From positions 9,877,741-9,941,740 of the forward strand of contig OZ199838.1 of NCBI GenBank assembly GCA_964304625.1: a stretch of DNA of 64,000 nucleotides, given 5' to 3'. Under the pieces are notes generated by a model, which made no database searches, had not been told where the DNA came from, and saw only the letters and a list, made by a program, of their open reading frames with translations. Both the position numbers and the translations under genes were made by a program. Below, piece by piece: positions 38,587-52,367 of the stretch (its first letter is position 1; every line of letters starts with the position of its first letter). Source of the stretch: Kudoa neothunni (Eukaryota > Animalia > Cnidaria).

Positions 38587-39671
38587 ATGACTACTCGTTC
38601 TTTCACTGATGTCTTCCCTTCGAATGAGCTTGTTTTCCATGGTAGCTTTTAAAATATAATTAAAAATTGTGGCCTATTTCATGGATGTCATTGGCCTCAT
38701 CATTCTATACTTTGTGTTATTACTATTATTTACATTAATTGTAGGCCCATTTGATAAATCTCCAGTGATATTTATCAAAGTGAAGAACACATCAACTGAT
38801 GAGTATGTTGGTTTCAAAGTGAAAACAACGGCACCAACTTATTACACTGTCCGCCCCAATAAATTCTATCTTCAACCTGGAGGCGTAATTGATGTTCAAG
38901 GTCGGTTGGTGTTTTGAAAATGGCGATTGATTTAAAATTTATCACACATTTAGTCACATTTACCCCTCGTTTGAAAAAAGGAGAAACATTTAAGCCTCCG
39001 CAAAATCATAAATTCTTAATCCAAGCAATCAAAACTCCTGACAATTCACAAAATATTAGTGATTATGTAATTTTGTTTCATGTGTTGATTATGTGATTAA
39101 TTTTGATATTAGATTGCCAAAAATCCAGAAAGCGTACACAGTTATCGGATGAAATGTTGTTTCATTGAGAATCCTGAAGACGCTGCCAAACAACAATCCA
39201 AGCCGGCCAATCAGAATGATCGCACTGTAATTTTGTCTTATGGAATGTCTCGATGAGCGTTGGTCGTTGTTGTTGTTATTATAGGAAGATGCAGCTTCTG
39301 ACAAGAAAAATGTTTCGTTTAAAGATTCTAAATTCCTCTCGATGAACAATGAAAGTATTCCGTCCGCTTCAGATGATAGCGGTATGGGTTCACAGGTTGC
39401 TTTATCTAGTTATGTGTAATTTTAATGATTCTGTTTTGTTTAGGGTGCACGTAATCGCTCTAGAGTCGATACAATACCCGAGGAAAACAAACCAGTCACG
39501 TCTACCTATGCTGCTGCCGCCGCTCAGCAACCCACAAACAATACATCAGCCCTCACCAACATTTTTGTCAACGATCGCTTGTTAATTTATATTTTTATTA
39601 TGCTTGTTACCATTATTGTGTTGGTCATGTCGGATGGGCTACCATTTTCTGGTTACTTTTCCAAAGACTAA
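38587..39671 (+). CDS. Vesicle-associated membrane protein-associated protein (VAP; MSP domain + C-terminal TM), ~6 exons
   Basis: PSNELVFHG|PF...VGFKVKTTAPTYYTVRPN...HKFLIQA...RMKCCF. C-terminal hydrophobic LLIYIFIMLVTIIVLVM; stop 39669-39671. VAPA versus VAPB not distinguishable. Confidence 0.92.
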
Positions 39672-42600
39672 CTCAATTGTCGCCCTCGACTCTCGCTACT
39701 TCCTCTCACCCACTGGGCATATAAATAGCGTTACCAACCAAATAACAATTCTTTGAATTTATATAAGTTCTTATCCGTGTTTTTGTCTATTTTGCATTAT
39801 CAATTGATACTATTTAAATGACGGTAGCTGTGATATTAATTACAGTAAGATCTCGATGTGTCGATATGATGGCGCGTGTTTCTCCAATTATTGACTATAA
39901 TCTAATTTGACAATCTTAGTCAATCGTTTGAAATCACTCTGTAAGATTGAACTGGCGCGTCTTCATGGATGTAATTTCTTGTAATGTAAAAATATCAAAG
40001 TTAGTTCCGTGACTTAAATCGGGGATAACCTAATTAATCCGTTTATTGGTGAAATTAACCAGTTGCGAAGGCTGAGTATCGCATAATTAAGTCAAAAAAT
40101 TCAATACAATTGGTAACCGATGTCACGCAATCTCTTCTTGACAATAAATGTGTGAAATCGAACGTGACCAACTTTACGCCTTTTATGTGCCCATGTGTTC
40201 GCCAAAATGAGCGAAATAAGTTTATTCATTTAAAAAATTAAATTTGTAAATATTTTTATTATTTGTAATTTTTCTGATTTGATAAATACTTAAATTTTGG
40301 GCATAATAAGTTATGAGTAATAAGATTAGTTAAGCTGTTAGATATTTTTCCATATCGTGAATGATGGAGCGCGGAAAAATTTTGGTGGAACAGGAGAATT
40401 TTCGAGCGTTTAATGAACGGCTCTGGTAGTACATAGATAACCCTGAGCATTGATGTGACATGGATAATGATGAGATAATTGGGCGGTGTGACGCACTTTG
40501 AATCAATACCTCGATTATTGATATCAGCTATTGTTAGGCAACTATGACTATCATAAAAACGTACTAAAAGCAATGAATAATTCTATAAAAATAAATAATA
40601 ATATTTCATACAGTCTTTACCCGCAATAGAATTGGAATAGTTTAATTCCCATTTTGTTATATTTATTATCGTGATCTCTTCTGTTTTCGACTTAATCAAA
40701 TATAATATTGAGTAATTTTCAATTTTGATCATTTATATTCGGTTTATAAGCTCCGTACACACGGAAGCCTTGTCTAATGAGGGTTGGATTATCGAGTTTC
40801 ATTTAACACTTTTTTTGAAGGAGTGAAGCACTAAAGATGTTAATTTTTAGGGTCGATCGATAAAATCAATTAGATATGACAGAATACATTTTAATTTTAA
40901 TGAGAAAAAATATATATTGATCATTTTCAAATTTGAATGTAATAGGAAGCTTGATTCAAAGTTGAAAGCGGTTTAAGTTAACAAATCAATACTTTTGAAA
41001 AAGGTGAGGAACGAAACATTTTTTCGAGAATAAGTGAGACGCGATGGAAAAATGGTTGGGAAACATTGGCTTAAAGATTTAAGAGTAACTTTTAGCTTAT
41101 GTTAATGTATTTTTAAATTTAACTCTAATTCTACATGCAATGTGGCGTTTATTTGCGATGGGGATTTCTTGTTCCTCGCCTTTCCTGACAAATCCTAAAC
41201 GTCAAATTCTTCTTCATGAGGAACCTTATCCCTTAGATTAATAATTACGTTAAAAATTGAGGACCAATAATGATTTAACAAACATAAATTATGTTTTTCT
41301 TTTTTGGTGCTATGGAAACAAATAAAAAATATTTTCTGGAGTTTATGTTGCTTAGACGTAGGAAACCACGTCCAATTAATCTAGCATATAGAAGTACGGT
41401 GTAGCCTCGGACTTCAATCATAATCCATTCTAGGAGTGTGTTCGAATTCAGAATAATTTTTTTCCGTGAAAAATAATGAAAATTAGTTTAATCTGTTATT
41501 GTGCATCAAGTAAATGACAGTTTTTATTCTCATTTGTAAAAAACTATACATACCTTGGGTTTATAAAATATAACAAATAAATATTAGATATAATAATAAA
41601 CATGAAATATAGGATAAATATTTTTTGGTTGTCATATGATAGATCATAAAAATTTCTTCTTCGATGACAGTCGCATAATTTGATTCAGCAACTCTTCTTC
41701 TAGAATTTCTTTTCTTCTTTGTGTTTTGCTCCAGCTGGTTGTTCTGAATACCCCGTCTATATGTGTTCTAGCTCCAAGGTTGTTCTTATTTAAAATGTTT
41801 GGTCAAACTCTGATTTGTACGAGCTCCAAGACGTTTGAATTTCGAGGTTGCACTGTAGATAGATTTAATGACACCACTCGTTTAATGAGGTTCTCAAAAA
41901 ATCCTGTAGTTGAAATTCAGCCGGTTTTTACCATGCTTAAGACTAATATTTTGTTCGAATAATAGCAATAACAACAATAGGAATTGTAGAGGTATGATTC
42001 TCGCTAAATGTTCATCTCATCTACAAATATTAGAAATTTAATAAAACAATCATTTTAAAGGTTTTTACGAAACGTGTGATTAATAATTATGATGAAACCA
42101 GGATAAAGGAGAACCAACAAGTAAACTTTTCAAAACAATATGTAAGAAGTCATAAAACAGTTTAAATATATTTGAGAGAAAATGATTTTTTCAACACTGA
42201 GAGCTGGATATTTGAAGAATAACACCATTTTTAGACGTTTCCGATATTTCTATTACTTAAACATGAAAGATTACGACTTATAATAATGATAATAATTCCA
42301 TCAAATAAAATTCTTTTGGTCTGAAAATATGATCATCAACAATGATATTGTTGTATTCACGACCTTGCAACAAATTGCTGACAGGTGAAGATAGGATAAT
42401 CGTTTCCGATTTTTCCCTTCCCTATTCTGCATGGAGCCTCCGGTACCCAAGGAAGACCTCTGAGTAAGGATAGACCGTGATTTCCTAAAGTATTTTAGGG
42501 AATAACTGGCAAACGGCACCTTCTCGCGAAGCAACATTTTCCCCCCGGAAAGCGGCGGCGTAGAGGGTCAAAACGTAGGCTCTATCATCTTCGAAATTCG

Positions 42601-43051
42601 GCACCCCTCATCCTATATAAACAATTGTTAATTGATTAGTGGATTCTTCCCTCTCTCTTCGCATTGCTATTTGATGTTTTTTTTGGCCCCTGGCATTCTT
42701 TGCATACACAAATATATTAAAATATGACGCTACTGTTAAGTTCGCTGCTTATTAGATCTCAATTTTTTATTAAAACGAGAATTATTTGAAAATCGTTTTG
42801 TAAAATTTCAGTTGTTGTAAAGAATTCCAAAAATAAAAGTCCTACACTGAAAATGATACCTAAAGCCTTTTTCATACAAAAATTAATACGATCCGCGTTA
42901 TATTCGTGGAAACACCCCAGTAAATAAAGCATATAGAATAATGTTGCGTAAAAATCTACCAGTTACCCAATTTTGTTATTAAATATTTTTTTAAATGATT
43001 ATAAGAAAGTTTTTAAATACATAATTGAGTAGTTTTCTATTTTCATGACCA

Positions 43052-43600
43052 CCGTAACTTTTTCCTTTAAAAATAAGAGCCTATCTTTATTAATTTTACA
43101 CAATCAATAATTACTAAGCCTTATTTCCGAGGTAGGTCTCATATTGCTGGCATAAAATAAAATATATTATACTCTTATGTGATCATTTAAAAAATTAGTG
43201 TGGATTAAGTTCATTATATCAAAAAATTGTTGTTATCTTCACAGAAAACGTTATTGTTGTCTATTAAATTATTTATAAATTTAGTATACACCTATGGTAC
43301 AAGATAACAGTAATGCTAGTATATTTAATAGGTAAAAGATAAAACAAACCAATTAGATGTTTGATATCTGCAAAAAATTAGATATTTATGACTAAATAAT
43401 GTTCTTGGATTCTTATAAAACAATAATAATTTAAAATTTTACACTTAAAGAAATGGTAATTACTCATTATTATTGTGACTAAAGCCTATTAATCAAGGCC
43501 CTGTCGAATAATCACTACCGAGATACTCTTAAACAATGCTAGGTCTTATTTAAAATTCCCATTAAAAGTATCGCTAAGTCTTATTTTTGAGGAAACACGG
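43052..43600. mobile_element. Pogo/Tigger-type MITE, family copy 3
   Basis: CCGTAACTTTTTCC...AAAATAAGAG ... GTCTTATTTTTGAGGAAACACGG|ta; colinear with the 17548 copy plus an internal insertion. Confidence 0.65.
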
Positions 43601-45288
43601 TATATACTCAAATATGCCACACTCTAGAAAAAATAAATTGTTGAACAAGTTATAAACTTGGGCATTTCAATCTTTTTTCAATTTAAATCATTTAACCTTA
43701 TAGAATAAAAAACATTGATTCTAAAAGTTTGGATATATCATCACCGCAAGCTAAGGAGGGAATTTTTTTCGCAGTTCGTTTTGTTTAAAGTAACATTGAC
43801 GGCAACTTAATTTATCTTTCACGTATATTAAAACGTCAAAAAATTGTTCGTTCGTGGTCAGTTGTCCTAGTAGTTACGGTTTAATCACTTAATCTTCGTA
43901 TGTTCGATGTTCCTGGAAATCTTAATGAACATGGGTGTTTAATTCATTTTGCTTTAGAGTCTAACATCGAAATTTTTCTTTTTACTCATGTTGATCACAT
44001 ATCGATGAAATTTAATGATTTTATATCCAAAATCAGATCAAAATTTTTAAAAAAGTGTGGTCTTACTGAAGAACTTTATCAAAGAAATTCCCAAAACCTG
44101 GATATAAACAAGAAAATTCATTTAAACTTTGGTCCTCTGCAGGATTCATTGCTTTTTGCCGGATTGTTGATCAGGTCATTACGCACTCATTTTATCCAAC
44201 TAAATTGATCCATTGTTTAACACAGATTCTTTGCGACTAACCTATGATTTTAGCGCTCTAAAATTTTTAGATTGAAAAATTATTTTCAATTAAGAATAAA
44301 CTTTCTCCAATAACGAATCACGGGCTAGTTTTTCATTAATTCCATACTTTATGGTTGAATTAGAAATATCAACACAAATATAATCAAAATTAACCACTTA
44401 AATTTTAATTCAGTATTTTTAGAATGTGTCTTATCAGAGTCCATATCTTAAGACAAACCATAGTTAATCTCCTCATCGGCAATTCAAAACAGTTCAAAAT
44501 TTTAATGAAGTTAAATTAAATTTAAAAATAAGAGAACAAGAATATTTTAGAAGTATTATCATACTAACTGATATTCATATTTTTAGGTTGTTATCGCGTG
44601 CGTATGTCGCATGCCAGCTTTGGGGTCAACTTTATTCGAGTATACATGTTAACTATTTTTATTACGATTAACTTGTTAATTCCTGTGTCACTTTGCATAT
44701 AATTTGAAATTTTTTTACGCATACCCACAATTATTTTTATCGCTAATTACTATTAAAAAGTTGGAACGACTTACGTTGTGTTACATTTTACAACATAAAT
44801 ATTTGATAACAACAATTATTACAGTAATATATTTCGTATTACTAACGGAAAGCTCGCTCCTAAGTTTATATTTTGAATCAATTGGTCTGAAGCATCCAGA
44901 TCAGTTAATGTCAAGTAATATATTTGAATACTTTCATTTTTTAATTGTTGTAATTAATAGAATAGGGTAGCGCATATGAGCACACTTGAGTAATTTAATG
45001 GCATAAGAATAAACATTGAACTATAAAATCTTATCAAATAAACCGTATTTACAGCGTGTGATTGAATAACCATCTCAGTGAAAAGTGGTATAGGTTATTT
45101 AGACTGGTCGAAGAATCAATATGGAAAGGGCGCGAAAAAAACTTCAAAGAATAGAAAGTTTAAATATAATTTGTAACTAAATAAATGTCATCTGTTAAAA
45201 ATTTATGCATGCGACCAGAGTTTAAAATTTGGAAGCAAACAAATTATTTTTGAATATTAAACTCTGATAGACAATGGCTAACAATGGT

Positions 45289-48200
45289 TTATTCATCCGG
45301 TTGATCATCTACTAATGGGGAACCAGCATCAGGACTATCCATTGCTATCAGTGGCGAATCGGCATCAGGTCCATCAATTAAAACAGGATCGGCATCATGT
45401 TGGGAATCGCGACTGTGAGAGTTCAATTGTTGTAATTCAATATGGGAGTCATCGGCCTTGTCTTCATTGATATTCTCATTTGTATATTCGTTGGGGGGCA
45501 TTTCAGGATGAGCTTCAAAAGTAGCAGGAATCTCTGAGGAGGCAGAAGGTCGTTGACTGGTATGTTGGAGAGTGGTAGGTAAAGAGGAGATTTGTTGCGA
45601 ATCTGATCTAGACGTACTTTCAACGGCAGTAAACCTAAAGCTTCCCCAAGGATCCATATTATCGGGTATTTGATAATTTTCACCATCAACATCATCTTCA
45701 TGGACCATCTAAAAATTCTCAGTCAACAGCAGTTATCCACAAGAAGACTTACAAATTGGGACGCTAGTTCTTTGATGTGTTTGATGGCGTTTTCAACATT
45801 CTGGGGAAGACCAGACACCTTGATGGTGTTGTTTTCTTCCTCATCAATAGGAGCAAAACGTACTTCTACTTTAAATCTCTTCTGTATCTTATTGATAGTC
45901 ACGCTTCTAGCACCTCGGATTTTACCATGAATAGACTTTGGTAATTCAAATTCTGAAGTCACAGTATTCTCCCATTCGTTTACCATTGCTTCAATAGTTC
46001 GTTGCGCCTGTTCACACAACTTCTTTTCTCCTCTAAGGACGATTCGTGATTGATTGTCAGAAACTGAATTGGAGTCAGGGAGAGCGGTGGCACAAGATTC
46101 AACATCACCATCAGTCTCAGTTTCAGCTAAAGCTGAACCCACTTGATTACCACTTTCACCACTTTTGGCGGACAGTTCATTTTTTGGTATAGTAATCGAG
46201 ACATTCAACTTAGTTTTAAGCGCCTTAATTTGTTTTCCACCGCGACCAATCAATTTTGAAAACCATTTTGAATCGATACTCATTTCAACAATATGATTAT
46301 TCTTTTCCCATTCCAGTTGTTTCTTTATTGCCATATCAAGTGCAGTTTTCAATCTATCCACAACAGTTTGAATTTGATGTTTAGGTCCACGCACAAGAAT
46401 ATCATCGGAAGTACTATCAGCTTCAGGAAAGATGATATTCACATTGAAGCCATCCACTACTTTCTTTAGTTCGGTTCCCTTTGGACCTATCATTGCTCGG
46501 TGATATTGTCGAGGAGCTGAAAAACGTTCGGTAACCGGTCCACAAGAAAAGATTCTTTCTTTCGCAGCAGAAACATCTTTATTTACACCCTCAATGACAA
46601 CACTAATAGTGGTATCGCTTGTGGGTTTGGTGGCTTTGTCTCCATCTCTGAAGGAACGAATAGTGACATCGAATTCTTTACCAATCGAGGCAAAGTTTGG
46701 TTTTTCGATATTTCTCAACAAGTTAGCATGATCATAAGGTAATGAGAACTCCATACGAATGGTGGCATCCCATTTCTTTATGAGATTGGTAATCTCGGTG
46801 TGAACATTGTTGGTTAGTTTTGAAGGGCCTTTTAGACGAATTTGTTTGGATGTGTCTTCATTCTCATTGTCGCCCTCTTCTTCTCTAGGGATGGTTATTT
46901 TGACGGCAGAATATTTCGAGCTGAGTTGTGATATCAGCGATTCGGATTCTCCCCTCTTTGTGAAAAACTTTTTAACGTACTGCTTTTTAACATTGACTGT
47001 CATCTCGGTTATATCCTTGAGTTCTTTTACAAACTTGATTATCTGATTCTTAATTTTAGTAATTTCTGCCGAATTCGACCCCATGAGATAGACATTATCG
47101 GTCGTAGTTGAACTTTTTGTAGTTGTTTTTGGTGGTTTTCCTTTTTTTGGTCTATCACTTGCAATAATAATATCCACCGAGGAAGCTTCACTGAACTAGA
47201 AAAGATAATTAAAGCTATGTTAACATAAAATACTTCCATGGCGCTTACGCTTATTAGGACTAAAAATAAACTCAAATTATCTCCATGACAGCAACATATA
47301 ACCCCAGAATACCCGGAGGTGGCCAATCAGCGCTTATTATATCAATAACTTTTACAATATATTTTATTTCCTTTTTTTCCTAGATGTACTTTATAGTATA
47401 ATGTTGCATACAAATTTATTTAAGTCATGAAAGTTACTCTTAATTTTTTCGCTTACAACCAAAAAAAGAAAAAAAGTTACACATACCTGACCATGCCCAC
47501 CGTATACATAATAACGTTCAGATAGTTAAAATACATGAAAAGGCTTCTCTGTGGTAAAATAAAAATTATAAATGTTCTTTGAGGCAAGGAATGTCTTTTA
47601 AATTCATTTTTTTGTTTCTATAACCACTTGATTCTGTTAAATAATTTAATCTGGCATATGAATCGCACATATTATAATAATTTCGTTAAATTAAATATGA
47701 TTTTCTAAAGTTTCATCTAGACCATCTTATCATAAATTCAAAATTCAAAATCTAAAAATCTTTAGACTATACAGTTAATTTAGGGGTTGTTCGTAATCAA
47801 AACCATTACACATGGGTCATAATTACGCATGACACGTAGCTCTGCCCATGCGAAATTAATCAAAAAATTGAAAAATTCGGTTATATTTTGACCAACTCAC
47901 ATACCTGTTTAGTTAAATATTTGAATAAATTTGTAATGGAACATGATTTAAAATTTGAGGATTCACTAAAAAATGTATTATGCGAAATGTTAAATCTTTA
48001 TTAAATCATAAACCAACTAATAGATACAGATATTGATTTTGAGGCATCATACGGAATTCATTAACTTTATTAATAAAAACGGATTGAGAATCATCTATCT
48101 ATTTTTCTCTCATCGGTTCAATCCACTCTTCCATTTGTAGATCAAAATCCATATTTTCTCCCTCTGAGAGTTTTTATTATTTTTGAATAGAACAATCGTA

Positions 48201-51200
48201 ATAATATTAAAACTGCCAGTTTAAATAGTTCAAATAATATTCAAAACAGATTTTATTTTTATATCAAAGAACTTCATTGTTTTAGATATAGCGTTTGATT
48301 TATTCGCTACTTTTTGATATGTTCTAATTTCAATTTTTGGGGTAGAGTTGGAATTTTTTACCAGCTGTTCACGCACAAGCCATAATCATCGTAGTTATGA
48401 AAAGAAATAATTAAGTACGAGCCATAACTGCGCACGACACATAAAATGCAATAAAACTATTGATATTCTAATGTTTCTAAAGCCAAATTGAGGCAATATG
48501 TTATTTTTGTTATAAAGTTTATAGATTACAAATTATATAAATCTACTGTATATATTTCTTATTCAAAAATTAATGTATAATGCCAATGTTCAATTTATAA
48601 AGTACGAATTTATATATTTAACATATTACTATCTATCAACAAGGGAAGAAATTTTATAATAAAATCATGGATTATGAGAATAAACAAAAACCTTAGCCGT
48701 TAAAATATAATAAGATAATGAAAATGTGAAAAATGAAACAATAATAAACTGTTTAGCTTGAATGTTTTACGTTATTCAAAGTATATACAAGCATAATTAT
48801 TTCTGCTCTTCGCACGTGCGCAAATAATCGTCACGAAAATGCATCATTGGTTTATTGTCATTAAATTTATATTTCAAAATGTAAAAAGTAACGTAAATAA
48901 TTATTTTCTTAGCTATAAATGAAACAATTGTTATTATTTCACTACATTTTTGCATGTGGTCACAGTGGCCACCTCCAGGTATTCGTGTAACTTGCTTCCC
49001 TCAGGTGTCCGAGGATAAGTCATTAAATTTTCACCAAACCTGGACAATATGGTATAGCGGTCGAGTTCGAAGCCTAGTCCTGGCGTTCCTGCACTCCTAA
49101 TCCGGAATTAAGTAGAGAGGTTGTATTAATTATTAATCGCAAGGATCTACGATTTATCGTGGCCTCGCTCGCAACTGGGAGGGGAGCCTGGCGGAAGGGT
49201 AGAACTCAGGCGCTCATAAACGAGGAGGTAGAGGAACGAAATAAAACCCAGTAGTGGTAGGAGTATGGAGTTCCGTAGAGCCGACGTCTACATTCAGACG
49301 ACTTTCCCAGAATAATGCTGGGTTAATCAATGTATGAATTGGGTGATGGTTACTCCAAACCGAGGATGTCTTATGGGTTAAAATCCCACACTGCCGCATA
49401 AACGTAAGTCATCTTAATATGACGCTGCGGTACCTAAAGCGTAAATGGAGAAGGCCTAACCGGTCCCAACTTCACAATCTAACAAGTTGCGCCAAAGGTT
49501 TGATTTTGTGAACAAAAAAAATTAAGTTTTCACCTATTGTTTCGGTCCCTTAGAAGTGAAGAAATAAAAAAATCACACATGAATGTTAAAATGTTAGATT
49601 GGTAACCGGTCGATTAAAATATTCTGTAGTTATTAGCTCGTACAAGTGTAACCCTGAATTCCATATACACTTGCGCGGCATTAATATTTAATTAAGTCAA
49701 TTCGCACATGTAGATTAATGATATACTTTATTTTTTATGTCATAATTCACTTTGGTATTACTCATTATGCCTATAAGGACTGACTGGCTGACAAACAACC
49801 ATTAACAATTGTCAAAACTACACATAGGAGATTAAATTTGTTTAAATTAATACATATATAAATTGAAAATGTCATGGAGATATTCACTCATACAAATACA
49901 ATAAAATATTTAGTCTAATAAACGCCAGGAAAAATAAGATAAAATAAATAAATGAATCAATCAAAATTACTTTTTTCAGTTGCGAACCACCTTTTCCAAT
50001 AACAGATTTGATCAATTCTTCGTCAACATTGAAACTTTCAACAACAAGCGAGTTACTTCTAGCGTAATTAAGCAGTTTTTCTGAGACGGCATTAGTAAAG
50101 GATTTATAACCATGGATGCGAACATGGTTGATGGGTTGTAAATCGCCGGTAGGTAGATGAACATTGACAGCATTCGATTTAGCACTGTCATCAACAATGA
50201 CGCTGCTGTTAGCACAATTGGCAATAATCCGTCTGAGAATTATGTTATCACCAAGACGTAATTTTTCGATGAGACTCTTTGGCAGTTGAATATCAACTTG
50301 ATCAAGTTCAATGTCCAAATTACACTTCTCAGTCATAAGAACCTCAGCAAGTTTACAAGCTTTAAGTGAGCCCACTAACGTAATAACATCAGGAGGCGAT
50401 TGGTAGTTATCGTCAGAGTTGGGATTGTTATTGGCAGAAGTGTTGGGGAAAATAATTTTGTCCACTCCTGAATATTCCATAATTTCATCTCTAATTGCAC
50501 CTTTCTTTCCAACAAGAAGATGGTGATAGGCAACAGGCACTGTAACATCATGAATCGCCACATCTTTAGTAGCACGTTTGACCATATCATCAATGAAGGA
50601 CTGAGCACCAAGTACAGCACCTTTCTTTCCCTGAAGCGATATAAAAGTGACACGTTTATTTTTCATGTTCTTCACATTCACTCTAAGAGAGGATCCGAAA
50701 TTTCGTTTGATCTCCTCTTGGATCGAATTGGTAGAACACAGAGAGGCAACATACGGCAACAACAATGAATCTAAAGTGATTTCTAGGGTGGACGTTTCAT
50801 TCAATGTTGTGATGTATTCATCAAATAGCTCGCCAGCCTCTTCAATATCATCTTTTTTGCCGAAAACAGTAATAACAGTGATCTGGTTGTCAACAGGTGT
50901 ATCGATGGCGGCGGGGGTGTTGTCGTTAGTGGTCGAATGAGCATTGTCGCTGAAATCAATTTTCGTGTTTGTGGCATCACAGATTTTCTTAGTGATTCTC
51001 GAGCCGATTCCTTGGATGTGTATTAGGTAGGGTGTGGGTACGCGTATATTGATGAAGGTCATGTTTTTGGTGACATTATCAATCTCGCAACCATAAATCT
51101 CTTGGATAGTTTCAACTTCTTCGGACGGTCCATCCAACGCAATACACTCCTTGGATGTGAGATAGGAGATCCATGTGTGTTGGAAATTCAACTTCAAATC

Positions 51201-52367
51201 AGTAAACGATAGGTGGGGTTTTTGTTTCATTATTTTCAACACCCAAGGTTTGCACGGCACCTCACAATACGTGTAAGTTCTAGCACGAGCCAGAGACAAA
51301 TGGAACGCATTGGGTATGTCTTTGCCATTGCCTACAAACACAACCGAATCTGGAGGTTGACCATCGGTCGGTAATAACACTCCAACACCGGTCTCTTTAA
51401 GTATTTTGTCCAAACCACACGCACGTCTAATATTGGCATGAAGTGGAGAGGAAATTTTGAAAGTTTTAATGCTTGCATTTTTCTTGACAGTATTGTACAT
51501 CTTCATCAGCTCATTTTTCGCTTTCTGTTGATATTCTTGTGGACCTGTAATAGTGATAGGACGAGCGTTTTCAATGTTTATAGTAGGTGGAGGTATATCA
51601 ATACACACACAATTGTCACAATCGGCAATTATTCTGTTTAAATGGCAATTGAATGCACCCCTTATGAGCGAATAGAATTTTGGTGGAATATCATCAACTG
51701 AGAGAGTTTCCGATGCAGATGCTTTATCCATGTATTTGGTAATCAGTTGCAACGCACGACTGACATCGGAAGCAATTCCAGTGAGAGTAAGGGTGTTATT
51801 TTGTTGTGAGCCAACTGTTACATTCTTGGCTACGTCTTGGAGAGTTTCTTTTGCAACTTCAAAATTTTTAGCGGTTAACATAGTGAAACGACGCGATTCA
51901 AGTCGGATTTTCTTGGTGATTTTGGGCTGTAATTCGCGTTCTACCAAAGATGCAGCATCTGCAGCCTTTTCACGAGGTGATTTCACCAAAATGTTGTAAC
52001 CACCACACGGCAGTTTGCTGACAATAATTTGGCTGTTCAACTGGAGTACTTTGGTTTTCAGATCAGCAAAAAACTTTTCGGAATTTTTAGGGACGTTTTT
52101 CGCCGGAAATTTAATAACTTTAGTCTCAATACCAATACTATTACTACTACCATTGCTGGTGGCAACATCGGTCCTCGAACCTGATTTTTTGAATGATGCA
52201 TGTCCATTGTTACCAGATATTAGGCCAGATGGAACCGATATATCATGCATACTAGATGATTCTACCATTGTGGGACTTACACAACTCTCAAATGATGGAT
52301 AATCAAAGTCATAATCTTGATGGCCATCATTGTTTGACTCGTCATGACCGGTTGTGTTGGTGTCCAT
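45289..52367 (-). CDS. HDLBP: Vigilin (multi-KH RNA-binding protein), 3 coding exons, ~1419 aa
   Basis: Exons 52367-49971, 47195-45753 and 45708-45289 join in phase 0 via GT-AG introns (2775 nt and 44 nt). Tandem KH repeats: YHHLLVGKKG, VIGKGG, YHRAMIGPKG, LIGRGG, IHGKIRGAR. Confidence 0.9.
47307..48984. mobile_element. Putative non-autonomous TIR element in the vigilin intron
   Basis: 19-bp GC-rich inverted repeat GAATACCCGGAGGTGGCCA (47307-47325) / TGGCCACCTCCAGGTATTC (48966-48984), 1 mismatch. No TSD identified. Confidence 0.5.
49000..49520 (+). repeat. GC-rich ~500-bp non-coding dispersed element, copy B (in vigilin intron)
   Basis: Homologous to 18960-19470 in opposite orientation; ends in an A-run (~49514-49521). 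Confidence 0.8.

Noticed and set aside
41640-44350. Coding-like fragments at ~41.7-41.95 kb and ~43.9-44.3 kb
   Set aside because: Multiple stops, no splice-consistent model and no recognisable motif.
49000-49520. Identification of the GC-rich element as tRNA, RNase P/MRP, telomerase RNA or HDV ribozyme
   Set aside because: Only isolated partial motifs (GTTCGAA, GGGAAAGTC, CCTAACC, ACCTCC) are present. No complete cloverleaf, P4 pairing, template or nested pseudoknot could be built by eye.
45423-52302. Overlapping antisense and alternate-frame ORFs over vigilin (e.g. 45670, 46807, 50520, 50647, 51730, 52015)
   Set aside because: Shadow ORFs of a long coding sequence, with no motifs.
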